A model generated the notes under the pieces. The model ran no database searches and had not been told where the DNA came from. It saw nothing but the letters and a program-made list of their open reading frames with translations. Source: Nanobdellati archaeon (GTDB taxonomy: Archaea; Nanobdellota; Nanobdellia; UBA10117). Taken from it: a DNA stretch of 58,259 bases. Below, one piece after another: positions 31,401 to 41,221 of the stretch (its first letter is position 1; each line of letters begins with the position of its first letter). The stretch lies in NCBI GenBank assembly GCA_016204275.1, contig JACQKZ010000012.1, positions 1-58,259 of the forward strand, in the 5' to 3' direction. The position numbers were made by a program, and so were the translations under genes.

Positions 31401-32127
31401 CAGCCAGCAATCTGTTAGTGCTGTACCCATACCAGTCACGCCGCTGCCATCTGCAGGTGCAGAAGCAAAGCCACAGCCAAGTGCAGAAAAGAAAAGGGCT
31501 ATTGAGGATAAACTGATGAGATTTTGGAATGACCACAAAATTCCTGTGAGCGAAACACTTGTCGGCCAGATTATGAACGGCGATCACATAGAGAATTTCT
31601 TGGGCGAAAACGTAAAGCAGAGAAAAATCGGCGGAAAAATTGTTTTTGTGCCAAAGGGTGTTAGTGATATAACACTTGAACGATGGCGTAACTTTTATGC
31701 AATAGCCGCAGATGCAGAAAGCAAGGGCCAGCCAGTAATCATGGAGCAGGCAGCAATACTATTGCGCACAGATACAGATACAATAAGAGCGATGACGCAC
31801 GGCCTGAAAAAGAGCGGCTTAATTGGAGATGGCATAACACTCAAGCAATCTGAAAAAATTGATGTCCGCGACCCAGAAACAATACGCAACCGCGTAAGCA
31901 TGTGCCTGCGTTTCGGCGGTGTGCACGCAATAACAACTACAGATTTGGTTAATATGACTGGCCTGTCTGCGGTATCACTTTTGTCGCGCAGCCTCGACTT
32001 GGAAAATACGGTAAATGATTTAATTAAAAAAATATTTTCACCGCAGGACGCGAAAAAAATAAGCATATCACTTGATAAAGGAAAGGGAGGGAAAAATCCG
32101 GCGATAATCATATCGCGTAAAGAATAA
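28492..32127 (+). CDS. Large multi-winged-helix/HTH repeat protein
   Basis: N-terminal coiled coil; repeated wing motifs YTLTGAG, YRLTEAG, YKLTKTG, LKLTERG; duplicated HVRxVLxxxGW unit. Confidence 0.7.
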   Translation: MTDAPVTPNNVLSKLNDLASKKKQLEQQQDTILRAKDTYAQMRRQYLSELEQVRAGMASYPNLLGLLEQLDAPELQGLEERVSPSPYQINAKKIIGPCVLQAIDEVPGGLTIQQIFEKLGSRFTQEEVTNAINNYRIFLNADEQGKYTVSDRGRASYTRSLERAARRASQPAPTAPLPETSEQPEDVGHVNIRNSVLRMVKQNPNIDMDRVVRELPNFTRSQIHDAEYVLLEAGYLRVDNGRYTLTGAGEERLSKPGHGDMAQRIREKARTETLAVNSSKLAAELGVSGTHVRKVLIEEGWQVAFKKYFVPGSWVRGGAPEKSMLAEAVAAGNSIAKIERHLRQRGIRISTDTVRKYLKMSEIETESQDADKSKLAGRQHDTGMTKAIAELSKDRAISCADLAEEHNLNTNHVRNVLRRAGWKNVFQNIYVYKDMFGEDAGKAMITKAFETGKNIAGAQEFLKSIGIDVHICQIAELASESGLINLEETIKSAAKEIGIDYDSLASLPTANVIMRAMQAFKRNGKEEVTVNDLKLVLPKVHNKRKHYVIFDLIKDNLIEKTGNATYRLTEAGEKFSLTKQKIAGKVPYEISFPVAEASEEAVSAGLHAMLEEGAGLEGVLGALPVESQKTRSIKPPIKLNLSETILYVLQKSDIHLTENYLAQVLSQKYKANDVLSEIEILKARGAIKIGPAGNLVVRKSGLRLLASKFHPKIKESDKEEAGTLASVLEAGTQGLQMSEFDKKVFAGIDSGPMQLMYILYSNDKQENAITTRSQIEEYVAGKKLASAQIELYRLRKNGFIENAGGKNGVYKLTKTGREFMRNIFSERYVHELAGQPLASPKFEAGIAQHLEKNEKAEYAALLLSGEGGSFGYTDVERMFSDLSHVTIKRTFQKLARDGEIEHVKGTHSQYLKLTERGVKALDDKFVKLKEAHTAPASVTATHAVPQLPVAQNVPSLLEGIDITPPPAVKASQQSVSAVPIPVTPLPSAGAEAKPQPSAEKKRAIEDKLMRFWNDHKIPVSETLVGQIMNGDHIENFLGENVKQRKIGGKIVFVPKGVSDITLERWRNFYAIAADAESKGQPVIMEQAAILLRTDTDTIRAMTHGLKKSGLIGDGITLKQSEKIDVRDPETIRNRVSMCLRFGGVHAITTTDLVNMTGLSAVSLLSRSLDLENTVNDLIKKIFSPQDAKKISISLDKGKGGKNPAIIISRKE

Positions 32128-33017
32128 TGGGAGACAACATACATCGCCGAATAGCAGACCAGCTTCGGGTCAGAATTCCAAGTGTTAGTAATCCGGCAGT
32201 CCGGCATAAGCTTGAGCGGGAGTTAAGGTACGAACTGAAGTCTGCACACCAGCCATCACAGGGCATGTGGCTGCTAACAGATTTAGGATTAGCAATAGAT
32301 CCGGTAGTAGATATAAAGCAAAACCCCGCATTATCGCGCAGGCCAGGCTTTAATGAAGAATTCCGGAGAAGGCTGGAGAGGCGCGGCGCTGAATTAATTA
32401 ATACAAAAGTTCCGCACATACTGCGCGCGTTAAGGTATGAATGCCTCGGCGGGGCGACTACAGGAGAACTGCTCGAAGCTACATATTTCACAACATCATC
32501 CGAATTGTACAGCACAATTAATGGATTGCGCGGGGAAGGCAGAAATAAAATGAAAGTCACAGTTAGAAATAAGACTAACGGATATTTTAAATGGCTGCTG
32601 GGCTGGCCAACTTTTGAGCCAATAGTAAAATTAGTAAGATACCAGCCAAGTCCAGACCAATTTCAAATGTTCGCCGCAGATTACGATACGCTGGGATTGG
32701 CAGTTCGTGCCGCGACAAGATTTGGATTTACAGTTGACCACCAAACAAAAGACAGCAGATTAAACCTTTACGTAATGCCGCTGCCGGAAGATCTGGCCGG
32801 CGGGCAGTTGGCGTATGATCCTTTAAGAACAAGCCATGTTGCCAGATTCGAGTGGGGCAGGCATGAAGATTTATCAGCGTCATTACAGGTCGGCGGCAAG
32901 CCACTGTCAATAGACCCAGCAAAACTTGAAAAAAGGATTGAAGATTATGGCAGAAAATGGTTCGAACAAAGGCTCGCAAGGGCCGCAGTCCACCGGCAGT
33001 CAGTCGGACTTAGATAG
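32127..33017 (+). CDS. Hypothetical protein with probable HTH
   Basis: TAATG coupling to previous gene; GATTGELLEAT..SELYSTINGL. Confidence 0.6.
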   Translation: MGDNIHRRIADQLRVRIPSVSNPAVRHKLERELRYELKSAHQPSQGMWLLTDLGLAIDPVVDIKQNPALSRRPGFNEEFRRRLERRGAELINTKVPHILRALRYECLGGATTGELLEATYFTTSSELYSTINGLRGEGRNKMKVTVRNKTNGYFKWLLGWPTFEPIVKLVRYQPSPDQFQMFAADYDTLGLAVRAATRFGFTVDHQTKDSRLNLYVMPLPEDLAGGQLAYDPLRTSHVARFEWGRHEDLSASLQVGGKPLSIDPAKLEKRIEDYGRKWFEQRLARAAVHRQSVGLR

Positions 33018-34560
33018 CGCTTATCGATTATTTGTGCGGCTGCTGCAAGAGAGGGCGAATATTATTAAGGCAAGGATAGATAAAGTTAGTAATCCAGATG
33101 CGAAAAGAATTTTGTTGCAAAATTATGAAACACTTGTTGCTCAGCCAGTTTCGAGTGCAGAATTATTACTAAGAAATTTAGATGGGCTTGAAGCACTTTT
33201 ATCTGGCGAAATAAAAATAACAAAAAGGCGAGGCGAGCCAAGCCTGCCAGACGCGCTCGAAGTAGAAGAAGATGCCAGTATACACATGCCGCCTCGGAGT
33301 ACGCGCGAGGTATTAATAACGCCGCTCGAACCAACAAAATCAGTATCGGAAAAACCCGAAGCCGGCGTTGTAAAACAAACAACACACTTAGAATATGTGG
33401 CTAGATTTTTTGTTGAGCATCCTGGCGAAGAACGGCTCTATGCCATAAAAATAATTGATGATACGGGTGGCGATGAAAGCACTATTAGGACAGCCCTTAA
33501 AACAGGCAATCTGCCGTTTTCGGTTAAACGATCTGAGCCGGAAAGTAGAAGAGTTTTAGTAACATTAAACACAAAAGCCGGCAAGAAACAGGTTTACAAG
33601 AAAACGCCGCCGCAAAGGCATATTTTTTTGGAAAATAAACTAGTTGAGTTGCCGGGCGGATTTTTAGTGCCAGCACAAACTTTAGCTGCATGGAAAACGT
33701 TTCCGGATATATTTGACGAAGGAGAGTTATATCTTTACACGACCTATGATAAAGTTGGCGCTTTAGCAGAAGCAATAGTAAAGTATCGCGGAGTTGTCGA
33801 GCTGGCCACCCCAGATTTAACGGGCGATTTTGCGCCCAGATATCCGCTGTTGCGGCAGGTGTCTAAAAACGAAAGGCTGGCAGGATTGTTTGACGCGCTG
33901 CTCGACAATGCTGAGCTAACAAGAGGCCAGCTGGAAAAAATAAAAATGTTTAAGGGCGATCAGACTTCTCTCTACCATTGGGAGCACGGCATAAATGAAA
34001 GGTCTGCCCAAACAAGCAAGGCAATTTACTTTCTTACTCAAGATGTTAAAATAGATAATGACAATAAGCATCTCATAAATCCAATAGTTCAGCTTTTAAG
34101 AAAACGGGGAATGACGTTTGCAGAACTTGTTTACGCGCTTGACAAACCGCTCGTAAGAGTAAAACACGCCCTTGATTTGATGACAATTAGCGGCACGGCT
34201 ATTGATAGCCAGGCCTGCCCATACACGCAGATACCATCCATTCACACGCAATGCCAGAGCGTTCCAAAAATAGTTGGCACGCTAACGCCGCCAGAATGGG
34301 CAGATTTCATGCCCAAGGGGCTTCGTGCTATTTATCTGGAATGCCTGCGTTACGGAGCGAGCGGCGAATTTAAAACAGTCATGAAAAAGAATGTCATTGG
34401 AAAAAAATCACCCGCCTTAGAAGCTGTACTGATAAATGTTGCTGGCCAGCAATACAGCCTGCGCCCCGCCGGAATATTCTCTGGCGATAAAACTGTAACA
34501 CAAGAAGAATTTTTTGGACTTTTAAAAGAAGCATATGTAAAAAATTTCAGCAAGGCTTAA
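32947..34560 (+). CDS. Hypothetical protein with probable HTH segments
   Basis: Long ORF; GMTFAELVYALDKPLVRVKHAL; start uncertain. Confidence 0.65.
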   Translation: MAENGSNKGSQGPQSTGSQSDLDSAYRLFVRLLQERANIIKARIDKVSNPDAKRILLQNYETLVAQPVSSAELLLRNLDGLEALLSGEIKITKRRGEPSLPDALEVEEDASIHMPPRSTREVLITPLEPTKSVSEKPEAGVVKQTTHLEYVARFFVEHPGEERLYAIKIIDDTGGDESTIRTALKTGNLPFSVKRSEPESRRVLVTLNTKAGKKQVYKKTPPQRHIFLENKLVELPGGFLVPAQTLAAWKTFPDIFDEGELYLYTTYDKVGALAEAIVKYRGVVELATPDLTGDFAPRYPLLRQVSKNERLAGLFDALLDNAELTRGQLEKIKMFKGDQTSLYHWEHGINERSAQTSKAIYFLTQDVKIDNDNKHLINPIVQLLRKRGMTFAELVYALDKPLVRVKHALDLMTISGTAIDSQACPYTQIPSIHTQCQSVPKIVGTLTPPEWADFMPKGLRAIYLECLRYGASGEFKTVMKKNVIGKKSPALEAVLINVAGQQYSLRPAGIFSGDKTVTQEEFFGLLKEAYVKNFSKA

Positions 34561-34565
34561 TTTAC

Positions 34566-35174
34566 TTAGCCATCTAGTTCCGCCAACGCCTTCCTTTCTG
34601 TTGTCACGGGTTGCAGGGAAATGTTCAGCAGTTTAAGTATTTCATCTACGCGCACAGTGTTTGATGCTATTTTTATTATGTGGTGTTTTATATTTTTGTC
34701 TGAAAGTACTTCACTGATTATTTTGTCTATTTCTTTTTGCCATTCTATATCTGTGCTTCTGAATCCGTCTGCTGAAAGCGGAACAGTTATTGGCAGCTTA
34801 AATATAATATCATAGGAATGCGCCCAGTTCTCAAAAATTTCGGCTGCGATTTTTTGCAGCCCGCTATCCGCAAGCCGGCCAGCCCGCAGATTCCACAGAA
34901 AGTAAGCATAGTTATCTATTACGGTCCTGTCGCAAACCAGAATATCGTACTTGTGGACTGCCTCAAGCTCTTCGATCAGTTGACGGCAGAGAATCCATGT
35001 CTGCGCGGCTGCGGAGTTTTCTTTTTCCGTGCCAACTGGCAATGGGCAGTCCCGCACAAATTCGCGGATGTAGCCTGCGTTGAAGCCCAGCTCTTTCAGA
35101 TGGCCGACAAGCGAGTGTGCAAGGGATGTCTTGCCAGTGCCGTGCGCGCCAGTAATGCCTACCTTAAGTTTCAT
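34566..35174 (-). CDS. P-loop kinase-like protein (AAA_28/NadR-kinase-like)
   Basis: ITGAHGTGKT, VCDRTVID, DGFR. Confidence 0.8.
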   Translation of the reverse strand: MKLKVGITGAHGTGKTSLAHSLVGHLKELGFNAGYIREFVRDCPLPVGTEKENSAAAQTWILCRQLIEELEAVHKYDILVCDRTVIDNYAYFLWNLRAGRLADSGLQKIAAEIFENWAHSYDIIFKLPITVPLSADGFRSTDIEWQKEIDKIISEVLSDKNIKHHIIKIASNTVRVDEILKLLNISLQPVTTERKALAELDG

Positions 35175-35213
35175 AGGGCAAGATTTTTAATTGCATATAA
35201 AAGCGTTTATGCT

Positions 35214-35987
35214 ATGAAGTATATAGTTGTGTCAGAAGCAAATGAGGCAAGCAGAAATATCGGGAAGTTTATTGACGCAATGAAGCTGCGCGCCTATGTT
35301 AAAATTATTAAAACAAAAAATAATGTTTTGGACTTGGAAAATGATCTGAAAGGCATTAAGGACGCAGAAGTAATAATTGTTGCCTCAACCCATAAATCAG
35401 AAGCAGGAGTGCCGATGCTGAACGCGCATTTTACAGGAAATTTTAGGGATGATGTTTCTCACGGCGGCTCCGCAAAAACACTTGCAATCGCGCCTGCGCT
35501 TTACCAACGGGCGGCAGTCATAAAGTACGCGAAGCTGCAAAAAGAAGATACGCGATTGAAAAATTACAAAGTTGGAATAGAAGCTACGCACCACGGGCCA
35601 ACTTTAGATTTGCCGATTCTTTTTGTGGAGGTCGGCTCGACAGAGGAGCAGTGGAATGACTTGGTGGCCTGCGAAGCTGCGGCGAGAGTTATTTACAAAC
35701 TGGTTTCAACCGCGCCAGAAAAAGCTCCCGTTGTTATTGGCTTCGGCGGCGGACACTACTGCCCGCAGTTCACGAAGAAGTTGTTCAGAGATGGTTTTGC
35801 GTTCGGGCATGTCTGCCCGAAGTATGCAGCAGATGATTTAAGCGAGGATGTCATAATGCAATTAGTAAATAAAACTATACCCAAACCCGAAAAAGTTTTG
35901 GTGGAGTGGAAAGGCCTTGCCAGCGGGCAACGGGAGAACATAACATCTGTTTTGAATAAACACAACATAAAATGGGAAAAAATATAA
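35214..35987 (+). CDS. dtdA: D-aminoacyl-tRNA deacylase (archaeal DTD2)
   Basis: STHKS, HFTGN, EATHHGPT, FVEVGS, GFGGGHY. Confidence 0.92.
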   Translation: MKYIVVSEANEASRNIGKFIDAMKLRAYVKIIKTKNNVLDLENDLKGIKDAEVIIVASTHKSEAGVPMLNAHFTGNFRDDVSHGGSAKTLAIAPALYQRAAVIKYAKLQKEDTRLKNYKVGIEATHHGPTLDLPILFVEVGSTEEQWNDLVACEAAARVIYKLVSTAPEKAPVVIGFGGGHYCPQFTKKLFRDGFAFGHVCPKYAADDLSEDVIMQLVNKTIPKPEKVLVEWKGLASGQRENITSVLNKHNIKWEKI

Positions 35988-37108
35988 AACTTGTAAAAGT
36001 AAAAGAAGGCGCGGCAGAAATATTTGTGCCAAAGGTAGAAAAAATAACGTCAAGGAACGAAGTATTTTACAATCCCGCACAGGTTGTTAATAGGGATATT
36101 TCTGTGTTGCTTGCTTCCTGCCTGCTTGACAAAAACGCTGCAGTCATAGATTTGCTTTCTGCCAGCGGCGTTCGTGCCATAAGATTTGCAAAAGAAGTTG
36201 GTTTGAAAAACGTGTATGCGAATGATGCAAACCCCGCAGCAGTACGTTTGATAAAGAAAAATGCGAAACAAAACAAAGTGAAGTTAAGGATTTACAACAT
36301 GCGCGCGCACGAATTTTTTGCTACAAGATACAAACGCGAGGACAAAAAGTTCGATTACATTGATATTGATCCGTTCGGCACGCCAGTTCCTTTCCTTGAT
36401 GCTGCAGTCAAGGCGCTTAATCCGCGCGGCGGAATTCTGGCAATAACAGCCACAGATACTGCGGCTTTGTGCGGATCAGCCCCTGCCGCGTGTTTGCGGA
36501 AATACGGCGCAGTGCCTTTGCGAAACGAGCTGATGCACGAGCTCGGAGTACGAATTTTGCTGAAGAAAATTATTGAAGTCAGCGCACAATATGACCTTGC
36601 GTTGACGCCGATTTTTGTGCATTCAACGCTGCATTATGTGCGGGTTTACTTGCAGGCAGATGAGGGCGCAGGAGTTACTGATAAAATATTAGAGCAAGTT
36701 GGATTTTTCCAAAAAGCTGGCCCGATGTGGCTTGGAAGATTGTGGGATGAAAAATTAGCGGAGAAAATGCAAGGGATAGCGTTACAATCCGATTATATTC
36801 GAATCAACAAAGTAACAAAGGAAAAAATCACTAAGATAAACAAACAATTTAAATTAGATTTGCCAGTTCTTACAAATATATCTGGCGAAACAGTTAGGAT
36901 GCTTAACATAATTAGAGAAGAATCAAAAATAAATTCCTTTGGCTTTTATGACTTAGCAACATTCAAGCTGAAACAAGTCCCGAAGATTTCGGATGTGATT
37001 GCTGGCCTGCACGCAAAGGGCTTTCGGGCCGCAAGGACGCACTTCAGCCCAACTGGGATTAGGACGAATGCAGATTTGAAAAAGTTTAAAAATATTTTAA
37101 AAATTTAG
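35972..37108 (+). CDS. trm1: tRNA (guanine-26-N2)-dimethyltransferase
   Basis: VFYNP, NRDISV, SASGVRAIR, IDIDPFGTP, TATD, RTHF. Confidence 0.94.
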   Translation: MGKNIKLVKVKEGAAEIFVPKVEKITSRNEVFYNPAQVVNRDISVLLASCLLDKNAAVIDLLSASGVRAIRFAKEVGLKNVYANDANPAAVRLIKKNAKQNKVKLRIYNMRAHEFFATRYKREDKKFDYIDIDPFGTPVPFLDAAVKALNPRGGILAITATDTAALCGSAPAACLRKYGAVPLRNELMHELGVRILLKKIIEVSAQYDLALTPIFVHSTLHYVRVYLQADEGAGVTDKILEQVGFFQKAGPMWLGRLWDEKLAEKMQGIALQSDYIRINKVTKEKITKINKQFKLDLPVLTNISGETVRMLNIIREESKINSFGFYDLATFKLKQVPKISDVIAGLHAKGFRAARTHFSPTGIRTNADLKKFKNILKI

Positions 37109-37126
37109 CTATGTTTTTATTACGGA

Positions 37127-37528
37127 TTAAAAATGGACTTCAATATTAAAAGTACCGAGGTTATGTGATTCATACCTTTTGCCTATTTCTTGCGTTAAAT
37201 GCAGTACATCCGGCAAGTAAACATGTGCGGTAATATTTTTATTATATATATTATGAATATCAAGACTGGCAAAACCAGTTCGCGGGCCGCATATCTCTAG
37301 CGCTCGCTTGCCAAAAATCCAAACCCCTCCGCGCAGTATTTCAGTAAGGTCTATCCATTGATCCACGAGTGTACTACTTGTCGGAATATATATCGTATAG
37401 CGCCGCAACCTAAAGCTGTTTTTTACTGGTCCTTTCAAAAATCTGGCAAATTCTTCGTCTACTATTTGCTGAAATTCATCAGCTTTTTTGTTGTTAATAA
37501 TTACCTGATTTTGCGTAACATGTACCAT
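37127..37528 (-). CDS. Hypothetical protein
   Basis: ORF starting 1 nt after the tfb stop; weak similarity to 39488..39979. Confidence 0.5.
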   Translation of the reverse strand: MVHVTQNQVIINNKKADEFQQIVDEEFARFLKGPVKNSFRLRRYTIYIPTSSTLVDQWIDLTEILRGGVWIFGKRALEICGPRTGFASLDIHNIYNKNITAHVYLPDVLHLTQEIGKRYESHNLGTFNIEVHF

Positions 37529-37529
37529 C

Positions 37530-38456
37530 TTACTGCTGCATCTCAAGCTCGCGTTCCAGCTTTTCGATTGTCTTTGCCAGCCCGAGCCTTTCGATAATCT
37601 CCTTGTACCTATTTCTTATTGTTACTTCAGTCACGCCAACAACATCTGCAATCTCTCTCTGGGTGCGTTTCTCGCCGGTCAACAGGGATGCAACATAAAG
37701 CGCTGCAGCCGCAAGTCCTATCGGGCCGCGCCCGGAAGTCAGCTCGATTGTCTTTGCTTTCTTTAGGATTTCGACAGCCCTTGTCTGTGTCTGCGAGTTG
37801 AAGCCTAACTTGTTCGCGAATTTCGGCACGTATTCCTCAGGGCCAGACGGCAAAAGTTTAAGCCCAAGCGATCTTGCTATGAATCTGTATGTCTTGCCAA
37901 CCTCGCGTTTGTTCGCGCCGGTAATTTTACAAATTTCATTCAGCGACCTGGGCAGATTAAACTGCCTTGATGCGATGTAAACCGCGCCAACTACGACAGA
38001 CTCCATTGAGCGCCCGCGGACTAATGCCTTGCGGACAGCCAAATTGTAAATTCTTGCGGCCTCTTCCTCGATGGACGGCGGAATGTTAAGCAGGGACGAA
38101 ACCCTTTTCATTTCGACAAGGGCGTATTTCAGATTTCTTTCCAGGGAAGTTGAAGAGCGCTGGTGCCACTCCCTGAGGCGCAGCATCTTTCGCCTTTGCG
38201 CGCCAGGTAGGTTAAAAATTTCCGCGTTCGAGCCGATCTGAGTGCCCGTACCCATGTCAGCCTTTGTGAATGTTGCGGGCGCGCCAGCCCTTCGCTGGTC
38301 TTCCTCGCCTTCGATATTTCTCCATTCTGGGCCAACATCGACTAGGTTTTCATCAACAACAAACCCGCAGGACTTGCAGACTACTTCGCCTTTCTTTTCA
38401 TCAACAGTTAGATTTATTGAGCTGCATTCTGGACAGCGCTTTACAAATTCACCCAT
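37530..38456 (-). CDS. tfb: Transcription initiation factor IIB
   Basis: CPEC..CKSCG Zn ribbon, GPEWR, RGRSMES, TQREIADVVGVTEVTIRNRYKE; GAGGTG SD. Confidence 0.97.
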   Translation of the reverse strand: MGEFVKRCPECSSINLTVDEKKGEVVCKSCGFVVDENLVDVGPEWRNIEGEEDQRRAGAPATFTKADMGTGTQIGSNAEIFNLPGAQRRKMLRLREWHQRSSTSLERNLKYALVEMKRVSSLLNIPPSIEEEAARIYNLAVRKALVRGRSMESVVVGAVYIASRQFNLPRSLNEICKITGANKREVGKTYRFIARSLGLKLLPSGPEEYVPKFANKLGFNSQTQTRAVEILKKAKTIELTSGRGPIGLAAAALYVASLLTGEKRTQREIADVVGVTEVTIRNRYKEIIERLGLAKTIEKLERELEMQQ

Positions 38457-38653
38457 TACAAACACCTCGAAGAAAGATAGTTAATTTCTAGCGACATCTT
38501 GTTGGTTTTCAAAGAAATTTTGTTCAACATAACCATCTCCATGCAGTTCACCACAAGCTTTAAAAGACTTTCGCACTTTTTGTTTATAAGGCTTTCGCAT
38601 AATATTGGCGATAGAGACTGATTTTTGTTTAATGCCACTGCTCAGTAAACTAA

Positions 38654-39430
38654 TTACTTTTCATCGGGTTTTTTAATTTCTTCAAAGCCATCGTCATCTA
38701 TTTTTTCCAGTGTTTCGGGGCTATTTTTGTTCCGCTGCTCGTATCGCCTGGCCTGCCGCCAATCCGCTAAGCGGCCCAAACCGTAAAGCAAGCCAACGCC
38801 ACCGAGAATTACGGCTCCACCGATAGCTAGTGCTGCGAGGCATAATGAATCATCAACATTATCTTGTTTTGGTTCAGCCAAATGCTCCATGCTTACGCCA
38901 TAGTGTGTCCTGTTTAAAATACCACCACCCAAAATGCCGCCTTTGTTAGTGCACATTCCGACTTTCACATAGTCGCCAGAGTTGAAGTCGTCATTATATT
39001 TCTGGAGTGTTTCCGGTGGTATGCCGTCTTCCGCCCTAAAATCAATTGGGTAATTTGTCAGGCCCCGCACCTGTAGAATGTCGTCGCCGGTGCCGTGCAT
39101 GCCGTCAGGCCCGTTACTATAATCCATACCGCTGATGTGGCCAACATCAGTTTCATAATATCCCGTCTGGCAGGCAGCTGCGCTTGCAGTGTCTAAAAAA
39201 AAGTCGTGGTTCAGCAGGCCTTCCAAACTAAAAGCCCCTACAAAAAGCCCAGCGCCAACAGCAACAGCCCGTGGAGCAAACCGCAGGCTTAACATTGTCA
39301 GAGCGGGGCGTTTTACATAAGATTTTGCGAGTGCGTGGCATGCCTTTCCGCTGATGTTTTGGGCCAAATCCTTGGCTGCTGAAAGCGGCGCAGCAATGTG
39401 ATTTTTAAATCGGCGTATACAGTTTTTCAT
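38654..39430 (-). CDS. Membrane protein with extracellular domain
   Basis: Two hydrophobic segments; PDGMHGTGDD loop. Confidence 0.6.
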   Translation of the reverse strand: MKNCIRRFKNHIAAPLSAAKDLAQNISGKACHALAKSYVKRPALTMLSLRFAPRAVAVGAGLFVGAFSLEGLLNHDFFLDTASAAACQTGYYETDVGHISGMDYSNGPDGMHGTGDDILQVRGLTNYPIDFRAEDGIPPETLQKYNDDFNSGDYVKVGMCTNKGGILGGGILNRTHYGVSMEHLAEPKQDNVDDSLCLAALAIGGAVILGGVGLLYGLGRLADWRQARRYEQRNKNSPETLEKIDDDGFEEIKKPDEK

Positions 39431-39487
39431 AAAATTTTGTCAATAATGCAGTTTATAAACTTTTTGCTATTGTTTTATTTGTTTGGC

Positions 39488-39979
39488 TCAGTCATACATA
39501 TGATTTGCACCACGACTCTCTAATCTGGGTTGTTCCTCTAAAAGTGTAATATGAACGCGTACTTTTTTTTGTTCTGCAATCCTACTAATAAAACCTGTTA
39601 GTGGTTTGACATTATCTCTCCCATAAACATCTAAAATCCATTGTTTATTATACTCTGCACGAAACTTTTTATTGTCCGTGCTTGCCAGATAATCTACTAA
39701 ATTTCCGTCCAGACACAGGGTTCCGACGTTTAATGCTAGCTGCTTTTTTGTATATGTAAATCCCAAAAAGCTTTTTTCAATTGGTTCTCGTGGCGCCAAT
39801 ATATGAATAGTGCTGCCTATGGGTCTTGTAACACGATGGCCAAAAACATCCGAAAATCTATAGCCAGCATCCCAAAACAGGCCGGCAATTTCATCGACCA
39901 GCTTTTGAAGCGCAAGCGCTGGATGTTCGCTGTAAGTTATTTGTGTATCGAGTGTTTTCTCTGCCAGCATTTTATTCAC
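39488..39979 (-). CDS. Hypothetical protein
   Basis: 163-aa ORF with upstream TTTTAAA. Confidence 0.6.
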   Translation of the reverse strand: MNKMLAEKTLDTQITYSEHPALALQKLVDEIAGLFWDAGYRFSDVFGHRVTRPIGSTIHILAPREPIEKSFLGFTYTKKQLALNVGTLCLDGNLVDYLASTDNKKFRAEYNKQWILDVYGRDNVKPLTGFISRIAEQKKVRVHITLLEEQPRLESRGANHMYD

Positions 39980-40028
39980 AATTCAACTAATAAGCGAAAG
40001 ATTTAAAACACTTTTGATAAATTGTAAT

Positions 40029-40412
40029 TTATTTTGTAATTAACACAGCATTCACCGCGCCATCTTTGGCCGGCCTTGAAGTGACTCTTGCCAGCCCGTC
40101 TTCTGTTTCTATAACTGCGCCGCGCGTTATCACATTCATTCGCACGAAGTGCCTGTTAGCAGTATTCTGTTTGACAGTTTTTATCTTTGAAAGTTTGAAT
40201 TTGCCGCCACCGAGGTTAAGGTTTGCAACGCCCGCAGTAATCAGCCTTGAAAAATAGCTTGCGCCCCTTGTTCTGATAAGTGTCTTAGTGGTCTTCTCGG
40301 AAACCTTTGTATTTGTTGGGTTCGAGCCCATTTCAGAAAGCCGCTTCTTCCGGCTAGGCCAGTACTTCCCGCCACTTGCCTTGCGCTTTGAGCGCCCTTG
40401 CCAGATTGCCAT
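40029..40412 (-). CDS. rps8e: 30S ribosomal protein S8e
   Basis: WQGRSKRKASGG, NVITRGAVIET, ARVTSRP..DGAVNAVL. Confidence 0.95.
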   Translation of the reverse strand: MAIWQGRSKRKASGGKYWPSRKKRLSEMGSNPTNTKVSEKTTKTLIRTRGASYFSRLITAGVANLNLGGGKFKLSKIKTVKQNTANRHFVRMNVITRGAVIETEDGLARVTSRPAKDGAVNAVLITK

Positions 40413-40465
40413 TTTATTTTGCATCGGGTGAAGGGTTTAAAAGGGTTTCTGGTCTGGGTTTTTGT

Positions 40466-41221
40466 ATGGCGTTCGAAGATGTAATTCAGCAGTTCGAGAG
40501 CGGCTGGCGCCCAAGCACAATTCGCGAAGCGCGCCTACTGCGGCGCGCCATTATTGTTTTGTCAGATACACAGTTAGATCTGTCAAAAAAAATGGCAGAT
40601 GTTTTATTGGCTACGGTAGAAAGACTGCGCCCTGATGGCATGGCGGGTGACCTTGATTCTGCCGAGGCGTATTCCACTGCAGGCACAGCATATCTGCCCG
40701 ATGAGAAGGGTGTTAACTATCTAAACATCGCGCTCGATACACTGCGTAAATTGGTCGGTGGTATTCCCATGACTATAGATGGAATGTATAATGGGCGGGA
40801 AATTAGGGATAGGGAAGTGGCAGAGCTGCGGCCACTAGAAATGAACGTGCTGATACAATATGTGCGCACTAATGAACGCCTGGGGTATTACTACCTGAAA
40901 TCCAAGCCAGCCGAGGCACTCGGGCTTCTATGGGATGCATCCGAAGCACTTAGCTGGCTAAATAAAACCACATGCGTAAGTAAAGATGACCGGCTTCTCG
41001 GTACATTGTACACACTTTCTTTTAGGGCATACGAAAATATGGGCGGCATATTAGCAAGGCACACTAGCGATCTAGAACTTGCCAGTGATTTTTATGTAAT
41101 CGCGCGGGGATTTGGAGATAAATTAAAGGCAAGCTGGCATATGGATGAGTCGTGCGAAGAAGTATACAATCGCATTGTTACCGCAACCGGCGGAGTTGCA
41201 GCGCCGCATAGTAAAGCTTAA
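40466..41221 (+). CDS. Hypothetical alpha-helical (TPR-like) protein
   Basis: 251-aa helical-repeat-like ORF divergent from rps8e. Confidence 0.55.
   Translation: MAFEDVIQQFESGWRPSTIREARLLRRAIIVLSDTQLDLSKKMADVLLATVERLRPDGMAGDLDSAEAYSTAGTAYLPDEKGVNYLNIALDTLRKLVGGIPMTIDGMYNGREIRDREVAELRPLEMNVLIQYVRTNERLGYYYLKSKPAEALGLLWDASEALSWLNKTTCVSKDDRLLGTLYTLSFRAYENMGGILARHTSDLELASDFYVIARGFGDKLKASWHMDESCEEVYNRIVTATGGVAAPHSKA

Noticed and set aside
34818..35213. N-terminal extension of the dtdA ORF
   Set aside because: Overlaps the opposite-strand P-loop gene; DTD2 similarity begins at ATG 35214
36700..36900. Trm1 lacks a CxxC zinc-ribbon segment and has an AT-rich stretch after the GPMWLG motif
   Set aside because: Frame intact; likely ordinary variation in this family, no repeat structure seen
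38456..38542. Short upstream ORF ending at the tfb start
   Set aside because: No motif support; may simply be 5' UTR
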